Shown: piece after piece, positions 27,331-36,829 of the stretch
How the letters are laid out: each line of letters opens with the position of its first letter
How positions within the stretch are numbered: position 1 is the stretch's first letter
Assembly (NCBI GenBank): GCA_963702005.1
Contig: OY969696.1
Coordinates: 2,336,001 to 2,400,000, forward strand
Length of the DNA: 64,000 bases
Reading direction: 5' to 3'
Source of the DNA: Candidatus Aminicenantes bacterium
Lineage (GTDB): Bacteria; Acidobacteriota; Aminicenantia; Aminicenantales; JAFGBC01
Made by a program: the position numbers and the translations under genes
The notes under the pieces: model-generated
Database searches by the model: none
The model's input: the letters and a program-made list of their open reading frames with translations, nothing else
Told to the model about the DNA's origin: nothing

Positions 27331-28606
27331 ATGGCCCGAGTCCGTTTTGCGCCCAGCCCGACCGGATTCCTCCACGTCGGGAGCGCGCGGACGGCCGTCT
27401 TCAACTGGCTGTTCGCCCGCCGCTACGGCGGACGCTTCCTGCTCCGGATCGAGGACACCGATCAAAAGAGGTCCGAGGCGCGCTATCTCGAAGAGATCCT
27501 CAAGGACCTGCGCTGGCTGGGGATCGATTGGGACGAGGAGCCCGTCTTCCAGAGCCGGCGCTTCGACGTCTACCGGGCCAAGGCCGAGGAGCTTATCGCC
27601 GCGGGCCAAGCTTACCGAGAAGGGGAGGCCGTCCTGTTCCGGGTCGAGAAAGGGCGGACGATCGAATACAAGGACATGATCCACGGCTCGATCGCCTGGC
27701 AGACGGACGACATCAAGGACCAGGTCTTGATCAAGTCCGACGGCTCCCCCTCTTACAACTTCGCCTGCGTCGTGGACGACTCGTTCATGGGGATCAGCCA
27801 TATCCTGCGCGGCGACGATCACATCTCGAACACGCCCAAGCAGATCCTGCTCTACGAGGCCTTCGGCCTCCGGCCCCCCGAGTTCGGGCACATGCCGCTC
27901 ATCCTGGGACCGGACGGTTCCAAGCTCTCCAAGCGCCACGGCGGAGTGTCCGTCGAGGAGTACAAGGGCGAAGGGTTCCTTCCCCAAGCTCTGGCCAACT
28001 ACCTGTTTCTGTTGGGCTGGTCGCCCGGCGAAGGGCGCGAGGTCCTGACCCTGGGCGAGGCGGTCAAGATCTTCGAGGTCTCGGCCATGAACGCCGTCCA
28101 GGCTAAGTTCGATGTCCAGAAGCTCCGCTGGTTCAACGCCGAATACATCATGAAGGCCGAGGCGGACGAGCTCTTGCCCCTTCTCAGGACCCAGCTCCTC
28201 GAGGCCGGCACCGAACTCGCGCCCTACGACGACGCCTATATCGGCCGGGTTCTCGATCTTTATCGGATTCGGATCAAGACGCTCCGCGAGTTCCCGGCCA
28301 TGACCGAATATTTCTTCCGGGACGATTTCGCCGCCGAAGACGAGGGCAAGGTTCTTCTCGCGGACGCCGTCAACCGGGAGCGGATCGCCCTCCTGGCCGG
28401 CCGCCTCGAGAGCGTCGACCCGTTCGGCCGCGAAGCCCTCGAGAAGCTCTTCCGGGAAACGGCCGCCGAGCTCGGGATCAAGTCCGGCCAGCTCATCCAT
28501 CCCGTCCGGATGGCCGTCAGCGGCCGGAGCAAGGGGGCGGGACTGTTCGAGATGATGGAAGTCCTGGGGAAGGCCGTCGTCCTTCGCCGACTGAGGAGAG
28601 TCGCTC

Positions 28607-28629
<23 letters not shown>
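27331..28629 (+). CDS. gltX: Glutamate--tRNA ligase
   Basis: [32 protein letters not shown]; anticodon-binding domain present. Confidence 0.95.
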
Positions 28630-30295
<1,666 letters not shown>

Positions 30296-30297
30296 AT

Positions 30298-30324
30298 AAT
30301 TCTGGGGACACACGACTTAATTCG
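30298..30324. repeat. 27-bp inverted repeat, right copy (REP-like)
   Basis: aattctggggacacacgacttaattcg, 2 bp after the glnS stop. Confidence 0.8.
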
Positions 30325-30447
30325 AAGGGGCTTTGTGATGAGGATTCCTCGCTGGGGAATCCGAAGTGCGCCTTCGAGTCGACTATCCCGAACCCCTTCG
30401 GCTTGCCTTTCGGGGCGATTTAGGCTATAAAAGAGTCCAATCCGGGC

Positions 30448-30523
30448 GCGGCTGTAGCTCAGCGGATAGAGCATCGGCCTCCGGAGCCGAGGGTCGGAGG
30501 TTCGAATCCTCTCAGCCGCGCCA
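30448..30523 (+). tRNA. tRNA-Arg(CCG)
   Basis: Acceptor GCGGCTG/CAGCCGC, anticodon arm tcggc-ctCCGga-gccga, GGTTCGAATCC, encoded CCA. Confidence 0.95.
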
Positions 30524-30539
30524 GACGTTCCTGGCTCGC

Positions 30540-31559
30540 ATGACCAACAAGAAACGGATCCTGGCCTCGCTCGCGATATTCGCCTCCATCATCGTCATCG
30601 GGGCGGCCGGCTTCAAAATCCTGGGGGGGCGGGACTGGAGCCTGCTCGACGCCCTCTACATGACCGTCATCACCGTCGCAACGATCGGCTACGGCGAGGT
30701 CCACGACCTCAGCGCCAACCCGGCCGCCCGCGTTTTCGGGCTCGTCTTCATCGTCCTCAGCCTGGGGACGATCGCCTACGCCGTCTCCTCGATCACGGCC
30801 TTCGTCATCGAAGGCGAGCTCAAGAACCTGCTCGGGAGAAGAAAAATGGACAAGGCCATCGCTAAGCTCAAGGGTCACTACATCGTCTGCGGCGGCGACG
30901 AGACCGCCCGGACCATCGTCCGGGAGCTCCGGCAGACCAAACGGAGCTTCGTCGTCGTCGAGCCCGCCCGGGAGAGGATCGAGCGCATGGCCGAGGCAGG
31001 GTCGGTCCTCTCCATTCAGGGCGATCCCGCCGAGGACGGGGTCCTGGTTAAAGCCGGGATCGAGCGGGCGAAAGGGATTTTCCTTTGTCTGGCCACGGAC
31101 GAGGCCAACCTGTTCGCCGCCATCACCGCGCGCGGCCTCAACCCTGGGCTCAAGATCAGCGCCAAGGGCGTCGACGTCCGCTCCGAAGCCAAGATAAAAA
31201 AGGCGGGGGCGGACTATGTCGTTGCGCCGGCCTTCATCGGCGGGATGCGGATGGTCTCGGAGATGGTCCGGCCGGCGGCCGTGACCTTCCTGGACTTGAT
31301 GCTTCGCGACCGGGAGAAGGGCCTCCGCGTCGAGGAGATGGCTGTTCTGGCCGGGTCCCGCCTGATCGGAAAGACCGTGGCCCAGGCCAAAATAGGGGAG
31401 AGGACCGGAGCCCTGTTGGTGGCCTTGCGCAGGGAGGAGAGCCGGGATTACGACTTCAACCCGGCGCCCGATGTGCGCCTCAAGAAAGGCGATGTCCTGA
31501 TCCTCATGGCCAGTCCCGGGATGCTCCAGCGCATCGAGAAGTTCGTTCATGAGGGTTGA
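30540..31559 (+). CDS. Potassium channel protein with TrkA-N/TrkA-C (RCK) domains
   Basis: TVATIGYGEV selectivity filter, HYIVCG, C-terminal TrkA-C. Confidence 0.9.
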   Translation: MTNKKRILASLAIFASIIVIGAAGFKILGGRDWSLLDALYMTVITVATIGYGEVHDLSANPAARVFGLVFIVLSLGTIAYAVSSITAFVIEGELKNLLGRRKMDKAIAKLKGHYIVCGGDETARTIVRELRQTKRSFVVVEPARERIERMAEAGSVLSIQGDPAEDGVLVKAGIERAKGIFLCLATDEANLFAAITARGLNPGLKISAKGVDVRSEAKIKKAGADYVVAPAFIGGMRMVSEMVRPAAVTFLDLMLRDREKGLRVEEMAVLAGSRLIGKTVAQAKIGERTGALLVALRREESRDYDFNPAPDVRLKKGDVLILMASPGMLQRIEKFVHEG

Positions 31560-31570
31560 CGGCTAAAGGT

Positions 31571-31599
31571 TTGACAACACCGGCCGGTTTGACTAAACT
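31571..31599 (+). promoter_or_regulatory. Sigma70 promoter of tRNA-Lys
   Basis: TTGACA-17 bp-TAAACT. Confidence 0.65.
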
Positions 31600-31613
31600 A
31601 TGTCCGTTTTTTC

Positions 31614-31686
31614 GGCCCGTTAGCTCAATAGGTAGAGCAGCGGACTCTTAATCCGCGGGTTGTAGGTTCGAGTCCTACACGGGTCA
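31614..31686 (+). tRNA. tRNA-Lys(CTT)
   Basis: Acceptor GGCCCGT/ACGGGTC, anticodon arm gcgga-ctCTTaa-tccgc, GGTTCGAGTCC; CCA not encoded. Confidence 0.93.
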
Positions 31687-31772
31687 TTTACTTTTTCCCA
31701 GATTATTCAATCACTTACCCTGATTTTCGTTTTTAGCCTGAGTCATCTAAACTGAGCTATTTTTAGGGGTTT

Positions 31773-31792
31773 TGTCCACACCGTGTCCACAC
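31773..31792. repeat. Tandem 9-bp direct repeat, possible integrase arm-type sites
   Basis: tgtccacac-cg-tgtccacac about 85 bp inside attL. Confidence 0.45.
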
Positions 31793-31835
31793 GGGATTGC
31801 AAAGGTCTGGGAAAATTCGATAGGAACGCTAGCCG

Positions 31836-31878
31836 GTCACGCCGGAGGTCGCGAGTTCAAGTCTCGTCGGCCCCGCCA
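31836..31878 (+). pseudogene. 3' fragment of a tRNA-Asp(GTC)-like gene (att scar)
   Basis: gtcacgccggaggtcgcgagttcaagtctcgtcggccccgcca: anticodon, T arm, acceptor 3' strand and CCA, with no 5' half. Confidence 0.65.
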
Positions 31879-31912
31879 CTTTTCCTTGATAATCCGGTTC
31901 TTCCCAAACGAT

Positions 31913-31953
31913 GCGCCCGCAGCTCAGTGGATAGAGCGCTGGACTTCGAATCT
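31913..31953 (+). pseudogene. 5' fragment of a tRNA-Arg(TCG)-like gene
   Basis: gcgcccgcagctcagtggatagagcgctggacttcgaatct: acceptor 5' strand, D arm and TCG loop, with no T arm. Confidence 0.65.
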
Positions 31954-31971
31954 AATACGGCCGGTTTCCCT

Positions 31972-32094
31972 TTCTTTACGGATTTCTCCATGGTCGATCG
32001 TATCATCGGCCACCTTGAGCTCACCTTTGTTGCGGAGAGGCCACCAGCCGCCGCGCAGGAGCTATTGATGGCCGCGGATCCCCCGGCCGAATAG
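31972..32094 (+). pseudogene. C-terminal remnant resembling an IS91-like (Y2) transposase
   Basis: FTDFSMVDRIIGHLELTFVAERPP resembles the ..D..V..RIL.HL...PP tail of IS91-like transposases; recognised from memory only. Confidence 0.4.
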
Positions 32095-32357
32095 TTCTCA
32101 TAAAGCTCTCTTACATGTTCCCAGCCCTGATTTATGCTTCCGTACGGTGGCGAGATGGGATAATCAAGATGAATTTTAATACGGAATGAAAGCCGTTCGC
32201 AACACCCCCAGTCCTCCACATCGACGGATTCTTTACTAACTCTTGACATCTCCTTGGCAACTCAGGCGCTCGAAGCCGCTATATTCAGAGCGGATAAACC
32301 AAGATCATGATGCCCCTCCGGCCGCCGGACGCGCCGCAGGGCTTTGGGGAGGGACCG

Positions 32358-33737
32358 ATGAAGATCAAACTTATCTCACCCGACCTGCAATGGGATTCGA
32401 CGATCTCGAGCTCCGAGACGCACAAGGTCCTCAAGGTCAGCCTGCCGCTCCTGGCCGCGCTCACCCCGCCGGAACACGAGGTCAAGATCGTGGACGAGGC
32501 CTTCGTGGCCGACGACATCGACGAGGATGTCGACCTGGTGGGGCTGACCGTCATGACCGAGCTCGCGCCGAGGGCTTATCTCCTGGCCGACCTCTATCGC
32601 CAGCGCGGCGTTCCGGTCGTGATGGGCGGGATCCATCCCACGGTCCTGCCCAAGGAGGCCCTACGCCACGCCGACGCCGTCGTGGTCGGCGAGGGGGAAG
32701 AGGCCTGGCCGAGGCTCGTCCGGGACGCGGCCGCCGGCAAGCTCACCCCGCTCTATCGGTCCGCGGGACTATCCGACCTGAGTCGGCTGCCCGTGCCCGC
32801 CCGCCGTCTTTACCCAAGGCCGACGCGGCGGACCCTGACTCCGCTGGGTATCGGGCTCGAGTCCTCGCGCGGCTGTCCGTACGATTGCGAGTTCTGCTCA
32901 ATCGGCCGGGTCATGGGCCGTGCCTACCGCGCCCGGCCCGTCGGCCAGGTGCTCGACGAGATCGCCGCCATCGAAAGCGAGTATCTCTTCTTTGTCGACG
33001 ACGCCTTGGCCCTCGACCGGCGTGCGGCCAAGGCCCTTTTTGCAGAAATGGTGCCGTTTCGATCGAAGTGGATCGGTCAAGGGACCCTCTCCCTGGCCGA
33101 AGACCCCGGCCTGCTGCGGTTGATGAGAAGGTCGGGCTGCCACGGGCTCCTAGTCGGCTTCGAAACGGTCACCCCCGCCACTCAGGAAACGATGAGAAAG
33201 AGTCGTTCGCTCAAGATCAGCCCGGGCGAGGCGGCGCGGCGCTTTCACGAGGAGGGGATCCCGCTCCTCGGCGCCTTCATTTTCGGCTTCGACGACGAGA
33301 CCGAGGATGTTTTCGACCGGACGACCGAATTCGCTCTGAAGCATCGCCTCGACGCCCTCCAAGTGAGGCTCTTATGTCCCTTCCCCGGGACGGTCCTCTA
33401 CCAGAGGCTTCTCGCCGAAGGGCGCTTGGCCGAGCCCGACTGGTGGCTCAAGGGCTATCAACCGGGAACGCTCGTCTATCGACCCAAAGGGATGACACCG
33501 GAGGCGCTTCTCGCGGGTGTCGCCCGGGTCCAGAAAGAGCTCTATACCCTTTCGGCGATCGTGCGCCGTTTCTTCGGCATCAACCTGATGAAACGCCGGG
33601 CGATGGACCTGGCCATGTACGTCGGCCTGAATCTCGGCCAGCGCAAACGCTACTACAAGGGCCTCCGGTGCCGGACTGACAAAGGTCCGGCCGCCGTCGC
33701 CCGGACGTCGGATATCAAGATGGGAGGAACAAGCTGA
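32358..33737 (+). CDS. B12-binding domain radical SAM protein
   Basis: VVMGGIHPT, VVGEGE, SRGCPYDCEFC (CxxxCxxC), FFVDD, VGFE, PFPGT. Confidence 0.9.
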   Translation: MKIKLISPDLQWDSTISSSETHKVLKVSLPLLAALTPPEHEVKIVDEAFVADDIDEDVDLVGLTVMTELAPRAYLLADLYRQRGVPVVMGGIHPTVLPKEALRHADAVVVGEGEEAWPRLVRDAAAGKLTPLYRSAGLSDLSRLPVPARRLYPRPTRRTLTPLGIGLESSRGCPYDCEFCSIGRVMGRAYRARPVGQVLDEIAAIESEYLFFVDDALALDRRAAKALFAEMVPFRSKWIGQGTLSLAEDPGLLRLMRRSGCHGLLVGFETVTPATQETMRKSRSLKISPGEAARRFHEEGIPLLGAFIFGFDDETEDVFDRTTEFALKHRLDALQVRLLCPFPGTVLYQRLLAEGRLAEPDWWLKGYQPGTLVYRPKGMTPEALLAGVARVQKELYTLSAIVRRFFGINLMKRRAMDLAMYVGLNLGQRKRYYKGLRCRTDKGPAAVARTSDIKMGGTS

Positions 33738-33797
33738 AGCTGGACGTCCGGCGTTTGAAAGAGCTCCCGTCTTGAGGCGCTCACCAGTTCGATCTTT

Positions 33798-33846
33798 CGG
33801 ACTCTTAATCCGCGGGTTGTAGGTTCGAGTCCTAAACGGGTCATTT
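33798..33846 (+). repeat. attR: duplicated 3' half of tRNA-Lys(CTT)
   Basis: cggactcttaatccgcgggttgtaggttcgagtcctaaacgggtcattt. Confidence 0.9.
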
Positions 33847-33878
33847 CTCTTTTATCCCCGCTGTCTTTCCTGTCCCGT

Positions 33879-35473
33879 CCCGAAATTGCCGTTAGAGATT
33901 TTTTGACTTGGTATTTTTGAATCCTGGGGGGCTTTGCGGACGGCAGGGGTCAACGGCAAGCGCAGCGGCGAGCCGGACGACGGGCATCGGACTCAGAGTT
34001 GGCCATAAGAGGCGTTTTTAAACAGACCTTGCCTGATCCGAGGGGTACAGGGGATGAAAGGCGGGGGCTTCGCCGAACAGGCTGTTACGTAAAGGCGGCG
34101 ATGAGCTGCCGCATCCGGAGGAGGACGACGAACTTCTCTCGGGAGACGGCCAGACGGAGGACCAGCCTCCGGCCGTGACAGATGAGACGCCCAGCGACGT
34201 CGATCAGCTGCCAGCGGATCGTCGCGATCGTTTTCGTCTTCCAGTCCGGATCCAAAAAGAGGAGCTTCTGGGCCTGGGTCAAGTTATAAGCCAAGAGGCC
34301 GAGGGCGAACCAGAGAGCGTTGGCGGCGAAGTCGCCGCTCGTCATCTGCTCCATCCCGAACCCGATCTTGACCTCCTTGATCAGGTTCTCAGCCTGGCCG
34401 CGTTGATTATGGAAGCGGACGACCTCTTCGGCCGTCAGCTCGTCCCGGTTGGTGGCGAGGATGTGATAACAATAGCCCTGAGGCGCGAACAAAGTCAGCT
34501 GCGGATCGCGCCAGCGTTGGAGGACCAACCGCAACGGCTCCCGGCCTTTCGTCAACGCATAGATCGCGGTGCCCACCTCCCGGTCCGTCGCCTCGCCCGG
34601 CAATGGCTTCCAGTCCCGCACCGTCGGGATAACCTCTTTAATCGCAGCGTTTTGGTCGGCCGTGATCGCATACCCGATCCCTTGCTCCTGACACCAGTTG
34701 ATGACATCCGCCTGGTAGAAGGCGCTGTCGGACCGCAGGCGCTTAATCCCGGGACACAGCCGCAGACACCTCTTCAGGAACTTCAACGCGCCGCTGTGGC
34801 CGGGGATATGCCCTTCCCGAAACTCGTGGCTCACACAGACCCCCGTCTCCGCCAGGAAGCCCAGGATCGGTTGGTACCCCCTGACCTTCTTATAGGTCCA
34901 CTGCGCCGCCCGTTTTTCCGACTCGATCACCGTCCCGTCAATATCCAGCGTGTCATCCGGCGTCGCGATCCGCTTCCCGATCGCCTCCGCCGTCTCCTCC
35001 CCAACCCGGACGACTGCCCGAACCCCTCTCCGTCCCATCCTGACCAGCCAGTCCCCGAACGTCGACAGCGACGGCATCCGCCGCAGCCCGATGATCCGTC
35101 TCAACGCCGCGTCGTCCCGGATCTCCCGCAGGTCCTCGACATGCCGCCCGCCGCCCTCCAGCATCAGAAGCAGCGGCTCAATATAGGCCCAAGCCTCGTA
35201 GCCCCGGTTCGAGCCCGGCCGGGGAAAGTACGATCTTACCTTGTCCCGAACCTTAAGCGTCCGGACGACTTCGGCGAACAGCGCCAGCCCGCTTCTCGGC
35301 GTGATGAGTTCGTCGGTCCGTTCGAGCTTGAACGGCAAGATCCCTTGCGTTATCATAAAAATACCCTCCTGGTTAAGGTCCTTCACCCACCGGGTGAGGG
35401 CATGAGTTCTCTCAAACTCCTTATACCAGGAGACTTTATGCCTGAACAGGGGCCGCCTATCGGCAATCTACGG
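33879..35473 (-). mobile_element. IS1380-family insertion sequence, copy 2 (inverted relative to copy 1)
   Basis: Ends cccgaaattgccg / cggcaatctacgg; 6-bp direct repeat TCCCGT at 33873-33878 and 35474-35479. Confidence 0.88.
34085..35356 (-). CDS. IS1380-family DDE transposase
   Basis: Same protein as 25741-27012 except in the last 40 or so residues. Confidence 0.93.
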   Translation of the reverse strand: MITQGILPFKLERTDELITPRSGLALFAEVVRTLKVRDKVRSYFPRPGSNRGYEAWAYIEPLLLMLEGGGRHVEDLREIRDDAALRRIIGLRRMPSLSTFGDWLVRMGRRGVRAVVRVGEETAEAIGKRIATPDDTLDIDGTVIESEKRAAQWTYKKVRGYQPILGFLAETGVCVSHEFREGHIPGHSGALKFLKRCLRLCPGIKRLRSDSAFYQADVINWCQEQGIGYAITADQNAAIKEVIPTVRDWKPLPGEATDREVGTAIYALTKGREPLRLVLQRWRDPQLTLFAPQGYCYHILATNRDELTAEEVVRFHNQRGQAENLIKEVKIGFGMEQMTSGDFAANALWFALGLLAYNLTQAQKLLFLDPDWKTKTIATIRWQLIDVAGRLICHGRRLVLRLAVSREKFVVLLRMRQLIAAFT

Positions 35474-35592
35474 TCCCGTCCGAACTCTTGACAAAAAAAA
35501 TATCTAAAGGCTATATAATGAAAGCGCCGGCCTTAGCGATGAGCGAACGGGCGAAAGGACAAAGGCGGTCTCGCCGCCGAGAAGGGGGAGAC

Positions 35593-36783
35593 ATGAAAAA
35601 AGATAAACACAACCGGGTCCTTTTTATCGGCGCGGGCTTCTCGGTCGGAATGGGGTATCCGACCGGTCAACAACTCATGCAGAAGCTCGTGGAATATCTG
35701 ATGGGCAAAAAGACCAGGGCCAAAAAGCAAAGCCCCTTCTTCAACACCCTGCGATCTAGCAGAGCGAATCGTGAATTAGCCCAGGAGTTTCTGGAGATCA
35801 TAGACCAAGTCCTCAAGAGGTACTTTTCGGTCAAGCTCAAGGACATCAAAGACGTCAACATCGGCGAATTCTTCACCGTGGCCCAGACGATCACGGAGAC
35901 GCCCAGCCTGCTCGAAGCCCAATCCTCATCGCCGTCGGGGCCCGTGAGCCCTACCAAGAATTTTTTCCGATCGACGTTCTACGACGTCCTGGCCGCCGCC
36001 ACCCGCACCTATTTTTTCGATATCTGCTCGGCGGGGGACCTAAGCCGCTTCCCGCCGGATATCGAGTCGGTTCTCAAAACGATCAAGCCGAAATCGCACG
36101 CGATCGTCAGTTTCAACTGGGATGAGGAGGTCGAAGTTTTCCTGACGGAGGTTCGCGATCTGGACGTGGCCTACAACTTGCCCCATTGGAGCAAACGGGC
36201 CGGGCTGTTGATCCTCAAGCCGCACGGCTCGATCGGATGGTACGACGTCCGTCAGGGCATGAGCAATGAGGAAGCCTACTTCATTTCCGAGGACGATGAC
36301 CGGATTCAGGACGCGGAAAAACGGATCATCTCTTATTATGAGGTCGAAATGCCCCGGAGTCTCGATAAGAAGAACGCTTACCCGGCGCTTTCCTGTCCGC
36401 CGGTCATCACGCCCCCCACCTTCGCCAAGCGGTTTGCCTACCAGGAACAGCACTCGGTCTGGCGGGACGTTCTGGAGGTCTGCCGGGAGGCCAGCGAGTT
36501 CGTCTTTCTCGGATATTCGCTGCCCCCCGACGATTTCCTGACCCGGGCCGCCATCCGAAGCGCTTTCCAGAATCGGGATTTGGGACGATTACGTTGTCTC
36601 ATCGTCAACAACGACCCCAAGGATCCTCTCCTGAATTTCCAGGGCCTGTTCCAGAACGGCCTCGCCATAGACCGGAATTTCCTGCCCTGGAAGTTCGGCG
36701 GCCCAGATGCGACTTTACATCGGAAAATCGAGGAAAAACTCAAAAAGGCCGACCTGAGGATCGCAGCGAAAACGAAAAAATGA
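35593..36783 (+). CDS. SIR2-like domain protein (putative NADase, possible antiphage defence)
   Basis: LFIGAGFS, IVSFNWD, LKPHGS, ITPPT..K, FLGYSLP..D motifs of the SIR2_2 family. Confidence 0.8.
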   Translation: MKKDKHNRVLFIGAGFSVGMGYPTGQQLMQKLVEYLMGKKTRAKKQSPFFNTLRSSRANRELAQEFLEIIDQVLKRYFSVKLKDIKDVNIGEFFTVAQTITETPSLLEAQSSSPSGPVSPTKNFFRSTFYDVLAAATRTYFFDICSAGDLSRFPPDIESVLKTIKPKSHAIVSFNWDEEVEVFLTEVRDLDVAYNLPHWSKRAGLLILKPHGSIGWYDVRQGMSNEEAYFISEDDDRIQDAEKRIISYYEVEMPRSLDKKNAYPALSCPPVITPPTFAKRFAYQEQHSVWRDVLEVCREASEFVFLGYSLPPDDFLTRAAIRSAFQNRDLGRLRCLIVNNDPKDPLLNFQGLFQNGLAIDRNFLPWKFGGPDATLHRKIEEKLKKADLRIAAKTKK

Positions 36784-36829
36784 TATATGATTCCCATGCC
36801 CTATCCGGTGATCCCACAAGGAGGTCGAT

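Larger units (their letters stand above)
31641..33846. mobile_element. Small integrase-less genomic island at tRNA-Lys, bounded by attL/attR
   Basis: 49-bp direct repeat of the tRNA 3' half at 31641-31689 and 33798-33846 with 1 mismatch. Confidence 0.75.

Noticed and set aside
31772-31792. DnaA boxes / replication origin
   Set aside because: Only two mismatched boxes, with no dnaA/dnaN context or unwinding element; integrase arm sites fit the position better
33798-33846. Second tRNA-Lys gene
   Set aside because: No acceptor 5' strand or D arm; it is the att duplicate
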